NCBI GenBank assembly: GCA_965203985.1 | Contig: CBDBDS010000013.1 | Span: forward strand, 517,802-581,801 | Length of the DNA stretch: 64,000 bases | Origin: Dehalococcoidia bacterium | GTDB taxonomy: Bacteria; Chloroflexota; Dehalococcoidia; Lucifugimonadales; UBA3495 | Reading direction: 5' to 3' | In this document: one piece after another, positions 53,321 to 62,297 of the stretch | Layout of the letters: every line of letters begins with the position of its first letter | Position numbering within the stretch: position 1 is the stretch's first letter | Notes under the pieces: model-generated | What the model was told of the DNA's origin: nothing | Databases searched by the model: none | Seen by the model: the letters and a program-made list of their open reading frames with translations, nothing else | Program-made: the position numbers and the translations under genes

Positions 53321-55861
53321 TCAGACTTCCCGGCGGCGGAGAGCATACCACGCCAGCGGGCCGCGAACCGTCTTCCAGGCCTCGACCACTGCGGCGTCGG
53401 CATCCGGGCGGGGATCCTCGCGCCCGGCATACGTATGGCGCGCGTAGGCATTGACGATCCGCCCGATGTCCGGCGCCTGCTCCGGGAGGGCCGCAGCCAG
53501 CATCCCTGCCCACTGGTGCGGCGTTTGGTGCTCCCGCAGCGGTATAGATGCCAGCCGGCCCAGGCGACGCAGGCGGCGGTACGCGCCCGGCACGTCGCTG
53601 GGCGGCGCGAACAGCCACCGCCACAGCGCCCAGGCGCTGACTGCCAACGCCGCCACGACCGCGGCGACGCCCCCGATCCAGGGCAGGAAGTTACGCGCAG
53701 TGGAGGTCCAACCGGTGTTGACGGCGTCGCCGGCCACGAGATCGGAATCCTCCAAACCGTCTTCAAAGTCTTCGCATTCTTCTTCGATCTCGCAGAGCAG
53801 ATCGTCGACATCGCTGATGTCGGTGGCCGGCGATGCCCTCCGCGCCTGCTCTTCGGGGGGAATGGCCACCGGGATGTCCCTGCCGGGCGTGGGTTCAAAC
53901 GGGATCCAGCCGTAGCCGGGGAAAAACACCTCGGTCCAGCCGTGGCTGTGGCGGTCCGTAACCACGTAGATGTGCGAACCGTCGGCGAGATTCCCGGTGG
54001 TGTAGCCGGTGGTCATGCGGGCCGGCACGCCCAGGCTTCGCATCAGGACGGTCATGGCGGATCCGAAATATTCGCTGTAGCCCTGACCGCTTTCAAACAG
54101 GAAGTAGTCCACGCCGTCCGCGCCGAAAGGAGGCGGATCGATGGCCAGGTTGTAGGTGTAGCTGTTCTTGAGATACTGCTCCACCGCCACGGCCTTGTCG
54201 TAAGGCGTTTCCGCTCCGCCTGTGATTGACCGCGCCAGCTCCGCCACCCGCGGCGGCATGTCCGGGGGCAACTGGGTGTATCGTGACCACAGCCAGGGCG
54301 CGTATTCCTCGCCAGCGGTGCGCAATTCCTCCGGCTCTGCGGAGGACACGGACGCGGTGAGCTGGTAGGGCTCTCCAGCCTCGGCAGCGCCGCCGGCCGC
54401 GCGCACGGCCAGCACGTCCGGTTCAGAGGGTACGATTTCGCCGATCACGGCCTCGACGACGCTGCCGGAGGTATCCCGCTCGATCGATTCCAGCACGAAG
54501 GACGTGGGCAGCACGCCTGCCACGGTTTCCGCGGCAGCGAAGGCGTCCGCGGAAACGGCGTCGCGCAGACCCTCCACCGCCAGCTGGAGGGCCGACGGCA
54601 GCAGGTTGGTCTCGCTATCCAGGGTCGGGTCGATGACGTATCGGGGCGAATCGAAGGTTTCGACACGCACGTCGCGATTGGCGCCGATCACCTGCCCGCC
54701 GGCGAAGAGGCTCCGGCTGTCGTAGTTGGGTATGACCTCAAAGGTCACGTTGAACCGTTCCTGGTAGGGGGCGGGCGCGCTGTACTCAGGCGCCCAGCCG
54801 GGCTCCCGGAGCACGGTGCCCTCGGACAGCCAACCCTCGTGCGTGTATTTCGCGTAAGAACGCGCTTTCCAGTACAACGGCACCGGGGAGTTGACCTGCA
54901 ACACCGGCGTGTCCGTGGGGTTGATTGTGCCCTGGAAGGCCATGGTGTCGCCCCAGATGCGGTAGGGCAGCGGGCGCCGCGCCGGCAGTCCGGCGAACAG
55001 CCGGTTGAAGTCTTCCTCCCACGAGACCAGCGGAGCGCGGGTCAGCGAATAAAACGCGTTGGCTGGGCCCCACTGCCCTCCCACCGGCAGCAGGAAGGCG
55101 ATCACCAGCGCCACGATGGCCACTATGGATGTGTCGCTGACAGTCAGGATGCCCAGGTGCCCGTCGTAGATGCGGCCCTCCGCGTCCCAGCGTTGGCGGG
55201 AGCGCATCGACTGGACCCAGCCCACCAGCAGCAGGCCGGTGAAAACGTAGATCGCCAGGTAGATGCTGGCAGTGTCCGGCAGGAAGGTGAGGTTGGACAT
55301 CAGGCCCACCGCACCCAGGGCGAACACGCCCCAGAAGTTCCGGTAGCGGAAGAATACCCATCCCGCCAGGTAGCCGGAGAGCCACGCGGCCATCATCAGA
55401 CCCACCGCGAAGGGCAGGGGGTCCACGCTGATACCTTCGTTGCGGGCTGCCAAAACCCACAGGCCCAGGCGCTCGAACAGTTCCGCCGCGGTGGCCACCT
55501 GCAACTCGTCCGGCGCCGCGATAACCATCTGCCAAATGATGACGCCGATGCCGATGAGCAGCCCGATGGGCAGCACCGCCGCGGTCCACAGGCGGATGCG
55601 CGTCAGCGGGATGGCGGTCAGCACCGCCAGGATCATGACCAGCACCAGCGACGGGGTTGGCGCCCAGTCCGCCACCTCCACCGACCATACCACGACGATC
55701 ATGTTGAGGAGCAGCAGCCCGGCGGCGACCCATCCATCCGGCGGTCGCAGGGTGGTCAGGGCCGATAGCAACCAGCGGGCCGCGCCGGCTCCGCTCCACG
55801 CCGGATTTGCCTCCGGCGTGGGCTGTGCCAAGGTAGGGGACGGGGCGGTTATCGTAGCCAT
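53321..55861 (-). CDS. Transglutaminase-like domain membrane protein (TgpA-like)
   Basis: Multi-TM N-terminus. Core GQGYSEYFGSAMTVLMRSLGVPARMTTGY ... HSHGWTEVFFPGYGWIPFEPTP. Confidence 0.8.
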   Translation of the reverse strand: MATITAPSPTLAQPTPEANPAWSGAGAARWLLSALTTLRPPDGWVAAGLLLLNMIVVVWSVEVADWAPTPSLVLVMILAVLTAIPLTRIRLWTAAVLPIGLLIGIGVIIWQMVIAAPDELQVATAAELFERLGLWVLAARNEGISVDPLPFAVGLMMAAWLSGYLAGWVFFRYRNFWGVFALGAVGLMSNLTFLPDTASIYLAIYVFTGLLLVGWVQSMRSRQRWDAEGRIYDGHLGILTVSDTSIVAIVALVIAFLLPVGGQWGPANAFYSLTRAPLVSWEEDFNRLFAGLPARRPLPYRIWGDTMAFQGTINPTDTPVLQVNSPVPLYWKARSYAKYTHEGWLSEGTVLREPGWAPEYSAPAPYQERFNVTFEVIPNYDSRSLFAGGQVIGANRDVRVETFDSPRYVIDPTLDSETNLLPSALQLAVEGLRDAVSADAFAAAETVAGVLPTSFVLESIERDTSGSVVEAVIGEIVPSEPDVLAVRAAGGAAEAGEPYQLTASVSSAEPEELRTAGEEYAPWLWSRYTQLPPDMPPRVAELARSITGGAETPYDKAVAVEQYLKNSYTYNLAIDPPPFGADGVDYFLFESGQGYSEYFGSAMTVLMRSLGVPARMTTGYTTGNLADGSHIYVVTDRHSHGWTEVFFPGYGWIPFEPTPGRDIPVAIPPEEQARRASPATDISDVDDLLCEIEEECEDFEDGLEDSDLVAGDAVNTGWTSTARNFLPWIGGVAAVVAALAVSAWALWRWLFAPPSDVPGAYRRLRRLGRLASIPLREHQTPHQWAGMLAAALPEQAPDIGRIVNAYARHTYAGREDPRPDADAAVVEAWKTVRGPLAWYALRRREV

Positions 55862-55908
55862 GACCTGGTTACTTTACGTCATCTTTCCGTGCCGGCGGCA
55901 TTGTATCG

Positions 55909-57234
55909 CTACGCAACCCGGCCGGCTACCGGCTCGGCGCCGGCGGCATCCGTTGTGTCCGGGGGAACGCTGCCGCCTTCCGGCATCCTGGCGCCTCCCA
56001 CTGCCAGCGGACGGGACAGGGCCTGGTTGATGTCCCCGTCGCGCCGCACGATGTAGATGGGTATGTCGTGCTGGGCCAGGTACTCGGCCACGGCCTGGCC
56101 GGTGGTGCCGGTGCTCGATTCGCCGTCGGGACCGGTGAACGACGTGTGGTCCACGTAGCATACCGTGACGTTGATCCCCTGCCGGCGCAGGCTGACCAGC
56201 GCGGAAGTCCACTCCGGCCGGCGCGAGGCGGTGATGACCATGATCGTGTTGAAGCCCGACAGGTGGGGGCGCAGGTCGTAGATGAACCGCTCCAGCGACA
56301 GCGTCCCGTCCGCGCGAATGCCGGCCAGGGTCTCCATCAGGATGCCCAGCTGGGCCGGCCGGCGGTCCGGGTTGAGCATCCACAGGTCGGCGGAGTTGGC
56401 GGCCAGGCCGACGGGCACGGCCGTTTCGTCCCAGTGCTGCACCAGCGATGCCGCAACGGTCACCGCCAGTTCTTCGGTGTTGTCCGGCGGCTCGCCCAGG
56501 TGGGAGCGCCGGTCCATGTCCAGCAACACCCACGCCTGGGCCGACACGCCGATGTCGAACTCTTTCACCATCAGGCGGTTCATACGGGCGGTGTACGGCC
56601 AGTGGATGCGCCGCAGGCTGTCGCCGTGGGCGTAGTCCCGCACCGTGGACGATTCGGGGGTGATGGCCGGCGTGCGGCGGGAGAAGACCGAGTCGCTGGG
56701 CAGGTTGGCGAAGCGACGGTCCAGATCGGGCAGCGGCACGGTTTTGGGCAGCACCGTGTAGGACTGGTCGTTGAGGAACGTCCGGCTCAGGCGGAAGAGC
56801 CCGAAGGGGTCGCGGGCCGTGACCCGCACCCGCCCGGTGCGATAGATGCCCCGCCGTGACAGGTAGGTGGCGATGCGGAAGGAGCGCACCTGCCCCTTGA
56901 CCAGCGCCACGGTGCGCCCGCCCGGCTCGGCCAGGTCGGTGTCCTCCACCACTTCCAGCCACGACTTGGGCAGTCGCGTCCGGTTGATCATCTGGATCTG
57001 CCCTTCCAGGTAATCGCCGACGCGGCCACGGGTTCCCAGCCGGGTCAGCCGCACCTCGATGCCGCGCAGGTTGAGCCAGGCCCAGCCGTAGCCGATTATC
57101 ACCAGCAGCACGAGCGTGAACAGCAACCGGTAGAAGAAGGAAAACCCCGTTCCCAGCGAGTAGAACAGCACCGCCAGGATCAGCAGGCTGAACAGTATTT
57201 TGCGCCGGTGCTGGCTGATTAAAGACTTGATCAT
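55909..57234 (-). CDS. DUF58 domain-containing protein
   Basis: VRDYAHGDSLRRIHWPYTARMNRLMVKEFD. Start placed at the ATG 3 codons inside ORF 55909..57243. Confidence 0.8.
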   Translation of the reverse strand: MIKSLISQHRRKILFSLLILAVLFYSLGTGFSFFYRLLFTLVLLVIIGYGWAWLNLRGIEVRLTRLGTRGRVGDYLEGQIQMINRTRLPKSWLEVVEDTDLAEPGGRTVALVKGQVRSFRIATYLSRRGIYRTGRVRVTARDPFGLFRLSRTFLNDQSYTVLPKTVPLPDLDRRFANLPSDSVFSRRTPAITPESSTVRDYAHGDSLRRIHWPYTARMNRLMVKEFDIGVSAQAWVLLDMDRRSHLGEPPDNTEELAVTVAASLVQHWDETAVPVGLAANSADLWMLNPDRRPAQLGILMETLAGIRADGTLSLERFIYDLRPHLSGFNTIMVITASRRPEWTSALVSLRRQGINVTVCYVDHTSFTGPDGESSTGTTGQAVAEYLAQHDIPIYIVRRDGDINQALSRPLAVGGARMPEGGSVPPDTTDAAGAEPVAGRVA

Positions 57235-57247
57235 GGCGAACAACCTT

Positions 57248-57520
57248 TTAGTTGTCCCAGAATGCAGGATTGGTAAACCGTTCCGGGATATTCCCGTTCA
57301 TAGATTCGCGAAACTCGTTAACGGTCATGCGTAGCTGGGTGCTTATAATCTTTCCCATGAACGCAGCGTCTAACTCTTTATTGCCGAAAGAGACGAACGT
57401 GTGCAACCCCAGCCCGTAGTGTCGGTAACGCCAGTGGTCGTTTCGTGCGGTTTCCACGAATCCCATGCGCAGAAGCAGGTTCCGGAGTTCCCGGGGCCGG
57501 ACATTGCCGTAGCGTGGCAT
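57248..57520 (-). CDS. HicA-like toxin with C-terminal tail, array 2 copy 3
   Basis: MPRYGNVRPRELRNLLLRMGFVETARNDHWRYRH...VSFGNKELDAAFMGKIISTQLRMTVNEFRESMNGNIPERF. Confidence 0.65.
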   Translation of the reverse strand: MPRYGNVRPRELRNLLLRMGFVETARNDHWRYRHYGLGLHTFVSFGNKELDAAFMGKIISTQLRMTVNEFRESMNGNIPERFTNPAFWDN

Positions 57521-57825
57521 CAGACGTCGGCCGGTTCCGGGATGGCCAAGGTCACCCGATGCACGCGGTATGAAATGCCTTCGTCGGCCAGTTCTCGCAT
57601 CAGGTCCGCCATTTCCGCCTCGGCGGCTGGTTCGTCCGCCAGCGAGACCCCGTCCGGCCAGGGGTTGCTGATGGCATCGACCATCATGGCGGTGATGCCG
57701 TCCAGCGCCTCCGTCTCGGTATCCCCCTGCGCTCCAACACCAAGTACGTACGAGCACCAGGCAGAGTAGCACGTCGATCCGTCGGATAACGTACCTTCCC
57801 ACGTTATAACATCAAAGGTGTGCAT
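57520..57825 (-). CDS. HicB-like antitoxin, array 2 copy 3
   Basis: MHTFDVITWEGTLSDGSTCYSAWCSYVLGVGAQGDTETEAL. ATGA overlap with the downstream HicA-like gene. Confidence 0.7.
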   Translation of the reverse strand: MHTFDVITWEGTLSDGSTCYSAWCSYVLGVGAQGDTETEALDGITAMMVDAISNPWPDGVSLADEPAAEAEMADLMRELADEGISYRVHRVTLAIPEPADV

Positions 57826-57869
57826 GTTCTGCTCTCTCTTTGGTGTCAAGAAGCGAACGGCCGGGCGGC

Positions 57870-58142
57870 TCAGTTGTTCCAAAATGCAGGGTTGGTGAAC
57901 TGCTCGGGTATATTCCCGTTCATGGCTTCGCGAAACTCGTTAACGGTCATGCCTAGCTGTGTAGTGATAATTTCGCCCATCAAGGCCGCTCGGATCTCTT
58001 GGTTGCCAAAGGACACTTTAGTACGTAAGCCGAGGCCCGGGTGACGATAACGCCAATGATCGTTGTGGGCGGTTTCGACGAACCCCATCCTGGCTAGTAA
58101 ACGTCGTAGCTCACGCGGCCGGACATTGGCGTATCGCGGCAT
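57870..58142 (-). CDS. HicA-like toxin with C-terminal tail, array 2 copy 2
   Basis: MPRYANVRPRELRRLLARMGFVETAHNDHWRYRH...NEFREAMNGNIPEQF. Confidence 0.65.
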   Translation of the reverse strand: MPRYANVRPRELRRLLARMGFVETAHNDHWRYRHPGLGLRTKVSFGNQEIRAALMGEIITTQLGMTVNEFREAMNGNIPEQFTNPAFWNN

Positions 58143-58447
58143 CAGACGCTGGCGGGTAGTTCAGTCGAGATCGATACCTGGTGCATCTTGTAAGGGATAC
58201 CCTCAGATAAAAGCTCCTCGATGATCCCGGCCATTTCGGTCGCGGCTTCCTCGGCATTTGCCAAAGAAACGCCATCATCCCACGGGTGCAGGATTACATC
58301 CGTCATCACCGAGGTGATATCCGCCAAAGCCTCTTCTTCCGTATCCCCCTGCCCCCATACTCCTACGACGTAGGAGCACCACGCTCCATATCCCATGGAT
58401 CCATCCTCCGATGGATCTTCCCAAACCAGTACTTCAAAGGTGTGCAT
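58142..58447 (-). CDS. HicB-like antitoxin, array 2 copy 2
   Basis: MHTFEVLVWEDPSEDGSMGYGAWCSYVVGVWGQGDTEEEAL; ATGA overlap. Confidence 0.7.
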   Translation of the reverse strand: MHTFEVLVWEDPSEDGSMGYGAWCSYVVGVWGQGDTEEEALADITSVMTDVILHPWDDGVSLANAEEAATEMAGIIEELLSEGIPYKMHQVSISTELPASV

Positions 58448-58521
58448 GCTCTTATCTCTCTTTGATGTCGCAGCACGCAGCTGGCGAATGGGTGCCAACG
58501 CGACGGCTTTCCAAATGTTGC

Positions 58522-58794
58522 TCAGTTGTTCCAGAACTCAGGGCTGGTGAACCGTTCAGGAATATCCCCGTTCATAGCTTCGCGAAATTCATCAACGGTC
58601 ATGCGTAGCTGCTTGGTTATGATATTGCCCATAAAGTCCGATCTGATCTCTTTGTTTCCGAAAGACATCCGGGTGCGGAGACCAAGTCCGACATGGAAAT
58701 AGTGGCGATGATGGTTCCTTGCGACTTCGATGAACCCCATCCGCAGCAGCAAACGGTGGAGCTCCGCTGGCCGCACGTTAGCGTAACGAGGCAT
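58522..58794 (-). CDS. HicA-like toxin with C-terminal tail, array 2 copy 1
   Basis: MPRYANVRPAELHRLLLRMGFIEVARNHHRHYFH...DEFREAMNGDIPERF. Confidence 0.65.
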   Translation of the reverse strand: MPRYANVRPAELHRLLLRMGFIEVARNHHRHYFHVGLGLRTRMSFGNKEIRSDFMGNIITKQLRMTVDEFREAMNGDIPERFTSPEFWNN

Positions 58795-59099
58795 CAGATG
58801 TTGGCCAACTCGGCGTCTTCTACCGAGACCGTCCGTGTCCACCATGGGGTGCCTTCGGTCTCATATTCGCGGATCATGTCCGCCATTTCCGCCGCCGCTG
58901 CCTCGGGGTCAACCAGGCTTTCGGCCAGGTCTGCCGGATCGTTCACGACGTCGGTCATCATCAACCTGACTTCCGTCAGGGCTTCCTCCTCCGTGTCGCC
59001 CTGCCCCCATACGCCATACACGTACGAGCACCACGCTGCGTAGCAGGTCGAACCGTCGGACAACTCGCCTTTCGAAACCAAAACATCAAAGGTGTACAT
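58794..59099 (-). CDS. HicB-like antitoxin, array 2 copy 1
   Basis: MYTFDVLVSKGELSDGSTCYAAWCSYVYGVWGQGDTEEEAL; ATGA overlap. Confidence 0.7.
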   Translation of the reverse strand: MYTFDVLVSKGELSDGSTCYAAWCSYVYGVWGQGDTEEEALTEVRLMMTDVVNDPADLAESLVDPEAAAAEMADMIREYETEGTPWWTRTVSVEDAELANI

Positions 59100-59131
59100 A
59101 TTCTGATCCCCCTCGTACTGATGGCAACAGT

Positions 59132-60163
<1,032 letters not shown>

Positions 60164-60191
60164 AGGCGGGGCCCCGCCCTACCCCCGCTGT

Positions 60192-60219
60192 GTCATTGCG
60201 AGTGCAACGCGGCAATCCC
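60192..60219. repeat. R1 half-copy (left arm)
   Basis: gtcattgcgagtgcaacgcggcaatccc matches the left arm of the two full R1 copies. Confidence 0.6.
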
Positions 60220-60274
60220 GCCCCCGATGCTACAATCGAACTTATAATCCCAGCAGCCAATCCGGAGCAACGCT

Positions 60275-60610
60275 ATGTCACCCCCCGAAAACTGCCGCCC
60301 GGTGGAAGTCACGGGGCAGGTGCGCGGCGTCCGGATGAACCCGCCTGGCGAAGGCGGCGGCGGAACGTTTCAACTGCTGCTGGAAAACGGCGACGTTATC
60401 ATCAGTCCCTATCCCGAAGAATGGCACGTTGATGTTGGAGCGGCGTTGCAGTCCAACGATATGCGCCGTGCCATTGTTTCCGGCATCGGTGAGTACTCCC
60501 CCGACGGCAAACTGCTGCGCATCCGCGAGATGGGATCCTTCGACGTGGCCCAGATACCCGATTGGCAAGTCGCTTTCCGTCGCCGTATGAAGCTGCGGGC
60601 CAACTCATGA
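60275..60610 (+). CDS. Hypothetical protein X1 (candidate partner of PIN 60607..61038)
   Basis: 111 aa; the stop overlaps the PIN start (ATGA). No antitoxin family recognised. Paralog of 61043..61348. Confidence 0.55.
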   Translation: MSPPENCRPVEVTGQVRGVRMNPPGEGGGGTFQLLLENGDVIISPYPEEWHVDVGAALQSNDMRRAIVSGIGEYSPDGKLLRIREMGSFDVAQIPDWQVAFRRRMKLRANS

Positions 60611-61038
60611 GCGACTACTTTGGCGATGCCTCATACTGTATTGCTCAGATTGACCCGGACGACGAGTTTCATCGGCAATCTCAGGAATACGCCGCCTTGA
60701 TTGCGTTAGAAAATCGTCGAGTTGTGACCACCCAACTGGTGCTTAACGAAGTTCTCAACCCTCGTAGTGGTACTACTGCACGGCAGCGGCGGGCTGCTAT
60801 TGAGTTGGTTGACCGGATTGGACGTGATACGCAGGTTGATATCGTTCCCCAGTCCCCAGAGCAATTCACTGAAGCTCTGAATATGCTCAGGACTGCGGTA
60901 GATGACAAGGAATGGAGCATCACCGACTGCGCCAGTTTCCTGACGATGCGCCAATTCAGCATTCAGGAAGCGCTGACCAGCGACCGGCATTTTACGCAGG
61001 CCGGCTTCACTGTAATGCTGAACCGGGCGAGGACATAA
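60607..61038 (+). CDS. PIN-domain protein (VapC-like)
   Basis: YCIAQIDPDDEF, LVLNEVLN, SITDCASF, LTSDRHF: the four acidic PIN positions. Confidence 0.7.
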   Translation: MSDYFGDASYCIAQIDPDDEFHRQSQEYAALIALENRRVVTTQLVLNEVLNPRSGTTARQRRAAIELVDRIGRDTQVDIVPQSPEQFTEALNMLRTAVDDKEWSITDCASFLTMRQFSIQEALTSDRHFTQAGFTVMLNRART

Positions 61039-61042
61039 CACC

Positions 61043-61348
61043 ATGGCAGAGCGGAAGAACGAAAATTACCGGCGGATGGAAGTCCGGGGCCAGGTTCGCG
61101 CCGTCCAAATGGACCCACCAACCCCGGACGACGCCCCCCAGGGCGGCATCTTCGATCTGCTTCTGGAAAACGGGGATATTATCGTCAGCCCGTATCCGGC
61201 GAAGTGGCACATTGAGGTAGTCGGGGCTTTCCAGGCCAACGACGTCCGCCGCGCCATAGTTTCCGGCATCGGCGAATACTCTGCCGACGGCCGGCTGCAA
61301 CGCATCCATGAACTCGAATCCTTCGCCATGGTCTGGGCGCACGAGTAA
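61043..61348 (+). CDS. Hypothetical protein X2, paralog of X1
   Basis: Shares VRGQVR.V.M.PP...LLLENGD(V/I)I(I/V)SPYP..WH(V/I).V..A.Q.ND.RRAIVSGIGEYS.DG.L.RI.E..SF with X1. Confidence 0.5.
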   Translation: MAERKNENYRRMEVRGQVRAVQMDPPTPDDAPQGGIFDLLLENGDIIVSPYPAKWHIEVVGAFQANDVRRAIVSGIGEYSADGRLQRIHELESFAMVWAHE

Positions 61349-61423
61349 CGTTGGTATCCAGCGCATAATCGGTCATTCGTCCACTTCTTCGGTCTGCTAT
61401 CACTGCCGGTTTTCTTATCACTA

Positions 61424-61783
61424 TCAGTTGGCCCCGACGATGACGGCGCATATTGCGGTGACGGTGGAAGCAATCGCCACTATCGTAGGAATTACCCATT
61501 GTGCATTATCCAGCAGCCACTGCCGCCATGCCGGCCGTTGCAATCGGTCCCGGTACTCCTGACCTTTTGCGGTTATCACGTAGAGTTTTGGTTCCACCTC
61601 AACGAGGTATCCTTCGATGGCCATGACACGCATTTGGAGGTCAATCTGTTCATCTCCAGGGGGCGGTCTGTTCATCGTTCCTGGGGTGCATTGCTGAAGG
61701 AGGTTTAGTTGCAATGTTTTATAACGATTGTCCAGTTCCTTGCGAGCGCGCCTATCCAGAGGGGTTGGTGTGAGGATTGTCAC
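61424..61783 (-). CDS. Hypothetical protein with C-terminal transmembrane helix
   Basis: 119-aa ORF ending in the hydrophobic stretch VIPTIVAIASTVTAICAVIVGA. Confidence 0.4.
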   Translation of the reverse strand: MTILTPTPLDRRARKELDNRYKTLQLNLLQQCTPGTMNRPPPGDEQIDLQMRVMAIEGYLVEVEPKLYVITAKGQEYRDRLQRPAWRQWLLDNAQWVIPTIVAIASTVTAICAVIVGAN

Positions 61784-61805
61784 TGTACGTTCCTTACAGG
61801 CTGGC

Positions 61806-62297
61806 TTATTCGACAGACAGGCGGTTGAACCTGTGCCCCGGCGCCGGGTACAGGTCTCCGCGCTCCATCACGACGCTTTGACCCGGCACGGCTTTGGCTT
61901 CCAGCCCAAGGTACACGGCGTGGGAGCCGGGTGGAGTGAATTCGACGCGGAAGTCGTGCCCCTCTTTTTCACCTGCCGGGGGGAGGTGGCGTAGGGTACA
62001 TATTTCGTCCCCGATGTAGATGCCTTCTGCCAACGCCTCCGCCAAGTCTGTATTTTCAGGGTAGAGTGGAATCCCTTCAGCAGATTTCGCTCCCTTGCTG
62101 CGGCCCTGATAAGAAGCCACGGTTTTGGTATTTTCCGAACGCTTGAACTCGACGCGATATTCATGCTCGCCGGTCTCGGCGCATTGGTAAGTGAACACCG
62201 CTACCGCATGGCCCGTTTTGATCCGGCGCCCCAATTCGTTGCCCAACGCGCTGGTGATGGCATCACGCATTTCATCCGTAAGTTTGATGATTGGCAT
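61806..62297 (-). CDS. Hypothetical protein downstream of the S-subunit gene
   Basis: 163-aa ORF overlapping the hsdS-like stop by 26 nt; no motif recognised. Confidence 0.45.
   Translation of the reverse strand: MPIIKLTDEMRDAITSALGNELGRRIKTGHAVAVFTYQCAETGEHEYRVEFKRSENTKTVASYQGRSKGAKSAEGIPLYPENTDLAEALAEGIYIGDEICTLRHLPPAGEKEGHDFRVEFTPPGSHAVYLGLEAKAVPGQSVVMERGDLYPAPGHRFNRLSVE

Noticed and set aside
54786-56962. Long alternative-frame ORFs (54786..55799, 54839..55768, 55874..56962) inside the transglutaminase and DUF58 genes
   Set aside because: The called frames carry family motifs (DUF58 RxYxxGDxxRxIHW and the transglutaminase core). The alternatives are Arg/Pro/Gly-rich shadows.
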